A stretch of 64,000 bases of DNA from Ascidiella aspersa (lineage: Eukaryota): contig OZ004610.1 in NCBI GenBank assembly GCA_963924565.1, positions 4,216,001 through 4,280,000 of the forward strand, in the 5' to 3' direction. Below the pieces are notes generated by a model, which was given only the letters and a program-made list of their open reading frames with translations, was not told the DNA's origin and ran no database searches. The stretch's first letter is position 1, and each line of letters starts with the position of its first letter. Both the position numbers and the translations under genes were made by a program. Below, one piece after another: positions 1 through 13,300 of this stretch.

Positions 1-3000
1 AGAGTCAAATAAAGTGAAAATAATTCAATTGAAAAAGGGCCATATACGCACAAAAGTAAGGGGCAAATTAAGGGTAAAAATCAAGTCGAAAATCCGCAAA
101 TTAATTTAAAAATCGCCCAATCAGACTGAAAATTGCCAAATCCTTCCAAAAAACTGCCAAAAATAGCCAAATCGGGCAAAAACAGGCCTCCAAATCTAGC
201 TGGCGCCACAAAACCACGCAAGAGCCACTCCAATAGTACGAGGCGACGAATCTAATCAAATCCCGTTTACTTTCCCCAAGGGAACTGCGCTATTGCGGCT
301 ACTCGAAAACCGAGCGGGCAAATTGAGGAACTACAACCCCCTTTGAAGCCCCCGACCCTAGAAACAGCCCCAAGGGCCATTGGCGCGATCTCAAGACGCG
401 ACAGCGGCATTTCAGCGATGGCGCAATCGCAATTTTCGAGTCGTAACGCGATTCGAGTCTTGTCGCGTCATTTTTGAAGGGCGCTTGAAATTCCGAAAGG
501 CGCCTTCCTTATGACACTGTTTCACATTTACTTCGGGAGAACCGCTGGCACTTCAGAGTTGCGGTAATGGCAAAATTGATTTGATTGAGCGGTTATAAAT
601 AGAGTAACTTGTAAATTGAAAATCATAAGTTGGAGAGGACACATTCAGAATTTTTGTTAATTTTTTTTGTGACTATTTGCTGAAAATGAACCGTTTACGA
701 CCGTGAGATTATTTACAGTAAAATTAATGGAATTAATCCGCAATCAACGGATTTAAATAAAAAAATGCTCTAACTTTAACCTGTTTCTCGGTTTGCGCTA
801 ATGCTGCAAATTAGCAATTATTACGAATGTATTAGGTTAATATTAAACATAGTTTTGGTTTATTTAAAACATTTCGGTTTAAACCACTTCTGCCTTTTTC
901 AAGCAACATGACAGGAATGTTACTTTCAAAGTATCAAGTTTGCAACATCGATTTTAAGAGGAAACGAGAGCGGTTTTCTTCGCGGGTTCAAATTTCACCA
1001 AACTTCGCGCGTTTTGCTACTTCAAGGACCACTAGCACCTGCGTGCTGGGTACCGCATGTAACACCGTGTGCTTTTCAAAGTCATACAAACACGTAGAAA
1101 GATGCAAAACTGTTGCAGCCAGTTGTTGGTTTCACGCATGGCGCGAAATACCGGTTCAAACCGGATTTAAGCAGCGGAAAGCGGTTTGGTGTCGAAACAA
1201 GCTTCATCCGGTCACGACCCAATGAAATACCACTTGTGTGTTCGCATGTAGATTGCAAGGCAGTCGGACATTCGATATCGTTTGCAAGGGAGCTAAGAAA
1301 CGCTGATATTTTATTGAAATGGCTTTGTCTGAGATGTTTGCCTGCCCTGAACCGGCTAAGGTAAATAAAATAACGTGAGTTTGGGCATTTTGGTGGTTTG
1401 ATATGACATTCAACAAAGGTGTTAACGCCACTAGTATGTTTTTCATAACTTTGGCAAATTTTTGCCGAAACTGCCTAGATTCGTTCCAATCACCGGTTTA
1501 GGAATATCCAAAAAGAAAAACATCTAAAAATTGGATTTCGAAAGAAATATTTCGTCTTTATCTTACAGTTTGAAGTTTACTTTCTTTCTTTTTAATAACC
1601 TAGGCGAATTGTGCCACAATTAACTATCTGGTATGACGTTTACCTATAAATTCAATCAGGCGTTTTTTTCAAGGCTGTATGGTAAAATTCTGTCGCAAGT
1701 TCGACTCGATTTACAGCGAAATCAATTTGCAGCTTTTCACGCGACGTAATGAGCGCTCCAAACCGGTCATTTTCACACCGTTTCGCAAGTAAACGCCAGT
1801 TTACCAGAAAACTTGCCCGAAATTCGCGACAAACCTCGCCGCGGGCTGTCATTAGTTGTTAATCTGAAAGCGAAGCGACGAAAAGCCGTAAATTTCCCAC
1901 AACTATATAGGGCTATACTGAATCACACACAAAACGATTGGGCAGAGATTTTTTCACGAACTGTCAAAGTTTTTACGTGTTCCTTATTATTCATTTGAAT
2001 CGTGCAAAAAATCACGCTGTTTTTAACATTTAAAACTGTATACCAGTATTTCGCAGCCTTGTCATAAATTGCATCACAAATTTAGATGGTAATTAAAAAG
2101 CTGTAATTACATTTAAAATGGTTTATTTTCCCGAATTAATGAAGTTTAGATCAAATTTATAATAAATTAATAAAATGTGCTGCTATCCATTTAATTCAGT
2201 TTGAAAAATAACAATATTTTATCAGCTAAAACTGGACAGCAGTATTTTCGCCTGACACATAAATCGCTTTAGTAGCTTGGTCGATTTTTTTTCGCCGTCA
2301 TAGAAAAGCCGTGAAACGTATTTAAGGGCGCAGCATAATAATCGATTTTCACCGGCGATGAAGCGAGATTGGAAAGGCATATGCGCGTTGGTCAGTTTGC
2401 ATAGCGATATAAGCCCCCCATGACGCACATATTGGATCGATAAGACAATTAAAACGCTTCGCTTGTGGCAAAATCACGCCTCCTGCTCATATAGAACGAA
2501 AGGCTTAAGGCGTGAATGATTTTCTGGTGCGCTTTTTATTTAAAACCGTCTCCCGTGTTTTTTAATAAAGCTGGCGGTGGTTTCAAAATAGCCGATTTTT
2601 GATATGGCTAATTATTAGAAGCATGATTGAATACCTAATGCAACCTCAAGTCAAAAATGATTTGAATTTCATAAAATACTGGTCTTGTAATTTGTTTTTT
2701 TACGGATGCCTATTAGAAGAGCGTAGTAAGGTTGGAAAAAACAAATTTTGGCCGTTAATTCGCAATTATATAGGAGCGTGATTCTATTTCTAGCACTCTT
2801 TCAAATCAAAAACGTCCAGCGTAAATTCTAACAAGGTGGTGGTTATAAAATTGTCTTTTTTGGCCGTTAAGGCTATTTATAGTTTTCAAATTTGTCCAAC
2901 GTGAATTCTGAACGCAATGTCGATTTAAAATTTTTTTGGGCCTTTTTTCGCGGTGGCCAATTAGCCGGCAGGTGGTCGTCCACACAACACCGTCATGTTA

Positions 3001-3527
3001 AGACCGCATTTAAATCCGTGGATTACACAACAAACGTGTGGGGGGAGGGTCCTTTGTGCGCTTTGAGGGGATTTCACAATTACGCGTTTGGTTTGGTTCC
3101 TTTGGAGACGATATTTGAAGGGGCGAAATATTTTGGGCGATTAGAAAATTGGCTGCGACGGATTCTTTTTAAACACGTGTTTTTTTTGCCAAATTGGTGA
3201 CAATTTTTATCAACATTTTTTTATCCAAGAGCAAATAAGGTTTCGAATATCACGATCGCTTAAACCTAATAAGGTTCTAAACAAAAAGTTAATTAAAATG
3301 GCGCCTTTTTAAATATATAAAAAGCAAATCTATTTTCTTTTTATCTGTTGTCTCTTACTTTACTCAGCTGAGAAGCAAAGGAGAACCCTAAAATTTGCAC
3401 GCTATTTTTACCAAACCAAAAATGCAGCAGTATCTCGTTCTGAACGAAATTAACACAGGCTACCTTGCCTTATATTGCAATGCTATTTAACTATATAGCA
3501 AGCCAGTAAGAAACCAGCAATTTGGCA

Positions 3528-3615
3528 AATTCCTCAGATAACTGTTTGCCGTTCTCATAAAACGCACTGCGCGTGTTCGGTTTTATGAGAAAGTCAAACA
3601 GTTATCTGAGCAATT
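3528..3615. other. Long intronic hairpin (also at ~57948-58035)
   Basis: CTCAGATAACTGTTTG / CAAACAGTTATCTGAG and TCTCATAAAAC / GTTTTATGAGA stems around a 16-nt loop. Confidence 0.7.
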
Positions 3616-6600
3616 AGGAGCATTAAATTATGCGCACAATAAGCAACGTTAAGGCGCAAAAGTTATTTTCGGCTTAAAATATGTGTAATGGACTCCCAGC
3701 AATGCCTAGAAAGTGCCAATTAACATGCTTGCCAGATGTGGCGAGATTGATTCGCAAAAATTCGACCGGTTTTGGCTGAAATGCAATTAAATCCGGTTTC
3801 GAGTCGCTCAACGTCCAAAAAGAGACCAAAATCGGTTTCTTAATCAGCCTTAAAAGACAAAACGGTGCCTTCGGGCGCCAAAATGTCAATTTTGCCATCT
3901 TAGTGAAAGTCTGAGCATGTATTAAGCAGCATTTGGCTCAAAATCGCAAGTCAATTCGGTTTAAGGTCACACAAAGTGCAAAGCAATTTAATCCGCTCGT
4001 AGCTAAATCAACACAGCGGCCAAATCGTCACGTTTCGACAAAAAAATCCGAGGTTTCCCAAACCGGATGAAAGCGGTTTAAGGTCAAATTAGACAGGTTT
4101 TTATACGAGGCAATCTTTAAACTATTTGTGACCCCATCACTAAAACAAAGCGAGAAAATTTGAGTTCGGTTGAAAAAAAGACAACTTAACATTGTTTGTG
4201 GTAGGTTTTTGGTAAAATTGAACGCATTATTATCCGATTTTATACTTTATATAGGCAGTAAAAAGCGTTTTTTAAACTGTGTGTTTTAAAAAAAGCAAAA
4301 CAGTGCTTTAAAATTTGCGTTCAGCAAAATATAAGAAGATTTCTAGAAGGCTGCAAAGCACTAATATCACTTTAAACGCATAATTTTTTAACTCTTGACT
4401 GGAATAACTTGACAGAAATATAAACTTAACGCAAATCACGGTTATCGCAGCCCAAACAATAACACAGGGCCCTAATCTTCGCACTTAACCTTTACAAAAA
4501 GGGCGGCCAAGTTGCCTGAGGTCTACGGTTATATCAGGACAGAGCTCACATGCAGAGTGCGATAATTAACACCAGTAATAATCCGCTCCTGTTTACTTCG
4601 CATCCCGAGCGTCCTACATCACCGTCAGAGGCCCGATCTCTGTTATTTAATGTCACTCGTTCTACCGTCATTGCGCGGGCCAATTAGCCGCCCTTCTTAA
4701 GCTTGGCAGGCGGCTTGCGTTACGTCACAATGCCTTCGTTGGGGCACCTCAATGTGACGTAACAGCGGAATTCACGCCGCAAAGAGAGCTCCCCTAAAAA
4801 GCGCGTTTTTGTGTCCAAGAATTTATGGCTTGTATTTTTAAAGGCTTAGAAAAGTCTAACGACTGTCCTTATGATAGCAAACCCTATGGGTAATGAACAG
4901 GACTAACTGCAATTTGAATTTTGAAATTAAAGATCTGCAGTGGAATTTTTTTTAATTGCAAAGGTATCTGTATTGAACATTTTCAAACTAAAGAATATTA
5001 TCCCAGTTTGGCCTTTTGTAAGTAAATTAAGCAGTTGCAATTTGAATTAGTCAAAACAAATAAAAAGCTACTGGATTTGGTATTTTCGACGCTTGCTGAA
5101 AACGCTGACAGTTGCAAGTATCAGAATCTAATCCGTTCGACATTTACAGCCAAGGTTTCCTGCAACTTTATCCTGGCGACACAATAAACAACTACCGTTT
5201 TACGCGCATCAATCAAGGCTTATACAATTGACCGGGTCGCCTGCAAACCGCAAAAAGACACAGAAAGCAGTGATTTAACTACAGACTGAACATATGTGAG
5301 ACAAGGAAACTAGAAGGTTTCCAAGAAAAACGATAAAAAGGTGTTAAAACTTAAAATCTTGTTGTAAGTAAAAGGACACAGTAAGAATATCAAAGCCCAT
5401 ATACAAGTATGTAGCATTTTGAAAGTTTCGAATATCTTTTTATTTATTTTCAATATCATTTTGAACGTCGTTCACAAAATGCTACCTAATACAAGCAAAG
5501 AGAAGATTTATAACCCGAATCATGATTTTCTAAATATTCCCAGTTGAAAAAAACAGCACCGTAAAATATATCGCCATGAAAAGTACCCCTTTGAAAAACT
5601 TCCCACACTATAAATCCGACCCCGTTAAACTCTCGTCGTCATATTTTGCGATAAAATCTCTATTTGCCCATGCGTACAATGAAATTCTTGCGTCGAAGGA
5701 CAAAGCAGGATATAAAACGAGCTTACGCACACCTAAGCGTGTCTAAAACGTCCATCAAAACTGGTGAGGCAAATATGAATCTGGGACAATCAAATTTGCC
5801 AAGCTGGAATAGCCCAGTCAAAAGGGTACAATAGGATGCTGAAACCTATAAGCTGTAATGTCGACCGTGTCTATATATTAAAATTAAATTCAAAACTTGA
5901 TTTTTTATCTTTAGTTTTTTATCATTAGTTAGCAAGTTGTAACTGGTTAGTTAGCCAGTAATAACGTTTAATACAGTAAAAATTAAATTATAGCACAACA
6001 AAGCTGTATTCTAAAACCATTGTTTCGTTCAACAATTAATACAATGATTTTCATTTGTTTGTATAATAAAGAAAAACACATTTAAACCCTGATACCTGTA
6101 CTTATTTAATACTCAAAAAAATGTCGCAATATGTATAAGACTGTGGGCAAACCTATACGTTCGCTACACCCTGTATGCGAAGACGGCGTTATTGGCGCAT
6201 TTCTAACGTCAATATTTGCCCTTGGCTATCGTAATTGCAAATTGAAAAGCAATATGTGGGTCGCCAAAGCCACTAATCGGCTAGATTGCAAAGCCAGTTT
6301 GAAAGCGCAAGCCTCCATTTTATCAAAGCCTTTACCACCAGGTTTTGATGGCAGATTAAATGTAGACAACTTTTTCGGTAAATTTTTGAAACTCTGTGAT
6401 ACCCGGTTATTAACCTTTGTACGCTTTATAAGGTTATCCAGATCGAATGGCTGCCTTAAAAGCAGACCCTTTTTAACCTTGTATACATTTCACATTTTTG
6501 AGCGATACCAAATCAAAAACACGATCCCCAAAACACAAGTCGGCTTCTACAAAGTGGCCATGTAAATTGACCAACTGAGCGGATAAAAGAGCGATTTAAA

Positions 6601-7285
6601 AGGCTTATTTTGGGAAAGTAATGAGCCTTATCTAATTGCGTGTGAAGCAGCTCAGAGCAATAACCACCGTTGTTTGCTGAAGATAACGTTAGTAGGAGCC
6701 GACAGTGACTAGCACCGCCTATGTGTGTACACCTACACCTTTATGACAAGGGTGTGTAATGTACAAGTGGTTCCCATCTCGCGCCCTGTATTGAAAACTA
6801 TTTTCGAACCCTGCGGCGTGACCTTGCGCTTTTGTGCTGAAATTCAGTTCAATTTCATTTGAGAGTTCTTTGGTTTAATCTGCTTTTTGAAAATATATCA
6901 AAGTCATGAGCCGATTTCACATTGTGTAAAATGTAAGCTGTAAATCTTCTGCCAAAAATGTATTTTATGGGACCTAACAGCTCAATAACTTTGGAACCGG
7001 CAATATGAAATTTATAAAGTCAAGAAATCGGCTACTACTGTTAAGGTTCATTTTAAGTCGGGCCCAAAGTGAACAAAAACGCTCTGTTGATCGAATTTCG
7101 AGATTTTCTTAAGGTTTTTTGATCCTCCGGCCAAAAAGCAGTCAGTTCAAATTCGGATTAATGACAAAAGCGAAAAAGGTCAAACCACCGCCCAAAACTC
7201 AAAATTGCCCTCAAAACATACCCTTGGTCGAAAAACAACCCCATAAAACAAAAAGCAAGCAAAAAAACGCCCGAAATCAAATTAC

Positions 7286-7390
7286 CTTGGCATGCTGTTG
7301 CTTCTCTGTTTGGTTGGTAGCCTGCCCTGCATTGGCATGATCCGGTGGGTACGGTCCACTCGCCGTTACTGTTGCAGCGGTACATGGGTA
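7286..7390 (-). CDS. Eph: Eph exon 6 (sushi/cysteine-rich region)
   Basis: 105 nt; VPMYRCNSNGEWTVPTGSCQCRAGYQPNREATACQ; phase-1 donor gtaat. Confidence 0.95.
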
Positions 7391-10300
7391 CTGTGGGTGA
7401 AATTGGGGTTAATTTATGTTTCAGCATGAATGCCTTGCCTCGTTTTTTTTTGGTTGTGAGAAATGGATTTCTCGTGCAGGAATTTTGGTAGTTTTAGCAA
7501 TAAGTTGGCTGGCAATGAATTTTCAATTAAAGTTCTATTTATCAAGTGTTCTAACACAGTTACATAAGTTCTTACTTTTGTAAAAGTCAATTTGACTAAC
7601 TTTCCTCCAGTAACAATTTGATTGGCTTTATCCAACAAATTGCAAAATGAGAAAATCGAAATGTTAAAAATTAAGGCGGAATTTAATAATTTTCGCGAAG
7701 GTATTAGGAAGTTTGTTGCAATGAATCTATAACGGATATAAATATTTATATAGTCCATAAACAAAAGTCATCTTTAGTATTAACTTCGGGTAAAAAAACA
7801 AGTTCCCCATACTCTGCTTTTTATACAACTTAACAGTTTTAACCAGAATCAGTTGAAAAAAAGTTGCGGATCATATACCAATTAACAAACTGTTTTGTCA
7901 AAAATTAAACACTCACCTATATTGTTGACGTAGACAGCATTGGACACACACTTTCCATCGACGGGAACTAGTGACGCCACTTCACCCCCGGCCACGGTTT
8001 TGGGGAAATATGCGAGATTGTGGGTTGTTTCAGGGCAGTAGTGGAAATACAACTTCATGCTCATTATCGACATACAGGCGCCTTGGTCTTGGATAGCAAT
8101 GTAAAAACCGCGTCTGTTGGACAAATATACAAGAGTTGAGAATGCGAAATTTTCGGGTATTTTCTAATTTTTGCTGTGTCTGATACTTTGCAATTCCGAT
8201 AACCGATATTTGGGGCTAAATATATCGTCTTGCGATTACACTTCCAACATACCAGAAAATAGAAGCACAGTATTTCGGAAGTTTCGCGTAAAATTGAAAT
8301 TCTGTATTCATGCCTTATTATATATATCGAAGTGCATTTTTGTAACTTTTTACTTTTGTTATTTATCAGTGATGAAATATAAGTTGACCCAGCAGCCAAC
8401 CTATTGAAAGATATTAATTCTGACATATTGTTGGCAGGCGTATCGTCAAGTCCCTTAAGGCTCACAGGAAAAATCGGTAATGAGCAGCTATATTTAGAAG
8501 TGACGTTATTCGACAAACTACAACCTACTATAAAATGTATTTTATAAAGCAAAATATTGCAATAACAACTTTATATTGTCTCAATACTTAAACAAACATT
8601 ATGCCTAGGAAAGAAGTAAACTGACAATAAAAGATCACCACTTTTCGCTTTTTAAATGCAAAAAATCTCAATAGGAATACTTCACCTCTTTAGGGGTCCA
8701 ATCTCCAGGGTTTTTTTGTTAACCCCTCCAGGTCCGCTATTAGAGTCATCAAACCGTTCGCCAGCGGCCACAGTATCCACCTTAATGTACGGTTCTTCCA
8801 TCCAAGGGGGGAAAGTGGAGGAGGCCACATTAGAATCCGAAGGGTAATAGTAGATGCTGAAGGTCTCGCGGCATTCGCTGCACTTCATCACTGAGAACTC
8901 GATGTCAATATAAACTCGCTGCGCCGATCTGAACGAATCGATTAGGTCAAGTTGTGAAGGCAAAGTGCTTTAAGGTGTTTTAGTTACAGCCAAAAAAAGT
9001 AGCCAAGGAACTACTAAAACTGGTGTTATTGTTTTAGTGTTCCGATAAAACAATGCCCTCTTTGTAGACGTCACTATAGCTAGTTGTTTTGAGTAGAACA
9101 TGGAAACCATTTAACAGTCGCTTTATTTGAAATAAGCGCCATTGTTTTTTAAGTTCCAAAAAAATAAACGTTATCAAAGTCCGTACACAAGTTGTCACCA
9201 TTCTTTTTAAAGTTCCACAGAAAACAGTGGTCATTAATGACGTCATAAACGTAAGTTGAAGCTAAAGTTGGACGTAATATCAAAGTCCAAATAACAGTAT
9301 GCCACACTGTTTCAAATTATCAAAACAACAAGATTAATTGTCGGTTGCGCTTTAATTGTAAAAGAGCTTAGTAGACTTGCTATTCATCACAACGTGATCT
9401 GGTAAAGTCGACCAAACCTCGATTTTACACGTTGGTCAATGTTATGCTGTAGAAATATGGTCTGGGAACAATGGTTGTGTAAATACAAGCCTTATGCGCA
9501 TTTAGTCGGCATTTAAGCATACAAAGGGTTAGGAGCATAATAATTGCATTTGAACAAAGGAAAACGCAAAACCAACGGAGCACGGCTATATTCAGGGGCA
9601 CGAGAACAATCTCTTATAGGATAATATACATGGGTTTGCATTGACAAATGTTGCTTTGTTGGAACTCCTACAAAATACGGAGCGTAGATCACATTTCATA
9701 GAAATATGAATAATAGTTTTCTTAAATGTTGGATTTGAAAATATTCAATATAAGTTACACACATATATGTGTTTAACAACTGTGATGTGTTTCTGGCCTG
9801 TCTTGCTCACATCATTGATCGACTGATTCAGTTAGTCTGCGCTTGCTTTCGGTGTACTTTGAAAGTAGGGACAACTGTTAGAGGCTGTATGGCAGCCTTG
9901 GCTATAGAATTGACCTGTAATAACCCCTCAGAAACGCAACGTCATAAAAGAGGTCAAAAATATCGCCGGATTCTAAATTCTTCCCCGAGCATGTGTTTGT
10001 AGAATTAATTTGGAGGCTAAAACTTAATCGTTTTGCGTGGATGCATTGTTAAAATAAAGTGCGAAATTGCCGAAAAACCGAAATGTTCGTAGGCCGGAAA
10101 TGACTGGACACCGTAGGGCGGTTAAAAGTGTCTAGTTTTTGCGTGATTATCGATCGTTGAAGTGACGCGGTCTCGTCTTTGTAGAGTCATCGGGGCCGCA
10201 ATTGAGATTCCCAAAGGACAGAGTCACAAAGTTGCACTTCACTCGTCGAGGCGCGCCGATAAGCGGCTACTCATCACTTGCGACAGATCGAGTCCAATTG

Positions 10301-13300
10301 AGAGAAAGTCGACCCTTCAGTTTTCGTGCCTATTATGACTGGAGGTTGTAGTTGGGCGTAAGAACATATCAAAGCCCATACAGAAGTATAGGTAGCGTTT
10401 TGTGAAGGTTTCGAAAAAATCTTGAGATAATGGATGGAGGTTGTAGTTAGACGTTGAATAAAAAAAATGTATTTGAAAACGTTTTCAAAATTGTTTCCAT
10501 TCTGCACAGGCTTTGATATTTATTTTACCTCTAACTACAACCTCCAACTATTATCTTAAGATTGATAAAAACAATTTTTAGGACAAAAAACACACCTACT
10601 TTCAAAACAGGGAACCAAGGCTTAAAAATATATTTTTTCACGGAGGCTATGTCTTTTTTCTTGTCGTTTCACAACCATGTAAAAAAATTAAAAAAAGTAG
10701 GTTAAAAAAATCTGACCATGTAAATTGAAAAAAAAACGCTGAAAATCAGGCAAAAACACGGCTGAAAACGGATCATGTTACTTCTTAAATCGGGCTTATC
10801 GAGAGTACCTTGGTGCCGTTACGCCCAGTCACTTAAGTCGCGCGTGACTCACAAGGTTTCTGACGCCTCGTTAGCTGTCCTACTCATGCGCGGCCGAAAA
10901 ACAACTGTAATTTGCCCAAAATTTCCGCCCGAACTCATAACGTAGAAAGCCACGGTTATGCCACAAACTAGGAGCGGTAAAGCCAAGACACAAACAAGTT
11001 ACGGCGACCAAGCGTCAAAAAACACATGCCCACGCCTGTTTTTACATTGTGTGGGAGGTTAAGGTTAAATTCACCTAAAAATTTAAGAAACTGACGATTT
11101 TTAGACTATTCTGAGACTTAGAATCACTAATTTATTTGCCAAGAATTGAATAACAAAATCGCACAGGGCGGTAACTTGAACCGCCAGAGGCTTAAAAATT
11201 CACAAAACCCTAAATAAGGTATAAAGTAGCAAACTTACTTTGCGTCAATGAAGGGTGATCTCGCCCAGTTATCCTGGTTTGGCATATCCGTGTTGCAAAC
11301 CTGATAAGATCGGATTGTGCTTCCATCCAGATACAGACTGCTCAATTCTTCCCACTGAAAAAACATCGAAAAACAATTGTTATTTTCCACTTCTCAACCT
11401 GAATATAATTGTTAGTTTTTTCAACTAAATTTCCTAGTTTTTTCAACTAAATTTCAGAATACCGTTTTTTATAATTTTTTTAGTATAATTAAAGTTTTGT
11501 TTTAAATACCAATCGATAAAGTATCACTTTGTTTAAATCTTGCTCTAATAATAAAAATCGTTGTTTTTTTAGCAGTTTATTATTAAATTTATACAAAAAA
11601 GCGATTTTGTAAAAAATATGATGAAGTTATATTCTCTGATGTTTGTATATCCTCACACTGCTCAACCTAGATAACTTCGACTATATAAATGTTTATGGTA
11701 AGAATTCTATGGGCGCAGGTCGGATGCCCAATCAGCGCTCACTCACGCTTTCGCATAAAAACGCCAAGTTTTCTTATTTAAAGTGCGCAGAAAACCCGGC
11801 GGTCCTTTTGAACCGACTGCCGTTGCGACCGCAGGAATCTTAACCTCCCGAATGCTGACGCAATACAAACGTGACACGATAATCCTCGATCGTATCTCGA
11901 AGCAGAAGGTGAAGATTTGATCGCGAATCCGTGCCTAATTAACCCGCGCGACTTGCTTTTAACGATGCAAAAAGATGTCGCCCTGATCGTTTCGGAGCGA
12001 ATTTCGCCGAGTCTCTTTCGCGAAAGATCTAGCGTCGTTAATCAACTTGCCTTTTCTGTTCGGTTTGTTTACGTGTGGGGCGCCTATATACAGTTGGGTA
12101 GAGCGAAACGCGACTGAACCATGAGAAGCAAAAATTAAGAAATCAAAAGCCAACAGCGGCAATACCGACTTTGAAAGTTTAAATAATCAAGAAGTGATCT
12201 TCTTTCGGGGCATTTAAAAAAAAAATGATTTTTTTTTTCAGTTTAAATGATCTAAATGAATTTATCATCTTACGCGTTTTAAAAAATTAAAAAAAAAGAC
12301 AAATTCGCCTTGTTTATATTTTTTCAAGAAAAAAACGACTTTTCAAGTTGAAAAAAGCTAATTAGGTAATGTTTAGGCATATTTTTTAATTAGTATTGAA
12401 TTTTGAGTTCAAAGTAACCTAATCTATGTACCTTTTTCGGGCGTGTTTGACATGACGAGTCACATTTTGTGACAAATCGGTGATGAGACGCAACAGAAGC
12501 CGGAAAATACACGCCCTTAACAGCTCAACGTTATGAGTAATGTCAACATTACGAAACGAAATAAGTGAGAAGAAACGGATTTTTATCACTTTCGCCGATC
12601 GACCAATTATTGCCCGATCACCGTTAGCCAGTAGGCAAATACACCACGGTACCTCTTCCCACAAAATGAGCCACGGTGTGCTAAACCAAAGCTATCTGTG
12701 CCGTGGAAGACTGTGTAAAGCCCCAACTACATGGAAAGGCATGTGACCAAAATAGCAGCAAGCGTCCTTCGGAAGGATTAGGCTTGACCTAAACATGCGA
12801 GTTACATGGATACGGAGCGGCTTAACTTACCCCGGGCATTACATTGGCTGGATAGCGAGGCTACTTCGGAAACTCCACGGTTTAAAACGAAAAACTAGTT
12901 TCTAGCAATTTTTTTATTGAAATGGCGTTTGTAAGTTTATCTAGTAATGACTAAAACACGTTCGTATTTTTAAAAAGTCCCAAGGGTACGTTTCGCAAAA
13001 TTAATTTCACGCAATAGAATGAATATCACAGCCCATACAAAACTAGGTAGAACATTTTAAACGTTTTGAATTCAAACCGTTTACAATATTCTACCTACTT
13101 CTGTATGCGCTTTCATATTCATTTTACGTCTAGCTAAAACCTCCAGCCATTGTGGTCCAAAATTTCAAGCAGTTTTTTTTTTTTTTTTTAAGTCCTGTAC
13201 TCAAAATGGAGAAAAAATGGGTTGAAAAGGGTGCCTGGCCCGTTTAAAAGCGGCCCAGGTAGGGTGGCCAGTCTCTAGTATCGCGCGTCATACAAACAGC

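Larger units (their letters stand above)
1..9785. repeat. Segmental direct duplication, copy A
   Basis: Colinear and highly similar to ~54411-64000; offset about 54.2-54.4 kb; similarity runs to both window edges. Confidence 0.97.

Noticed and set aside
6131-6565. 144-aa ORF present in both duplicates (also 908-1225 and similar)
   Set aside because: Intronic and antisense to Eph, with no recognisable motif; differences between copies are largely amino-acid changing, so persistence reflects recent duplication.
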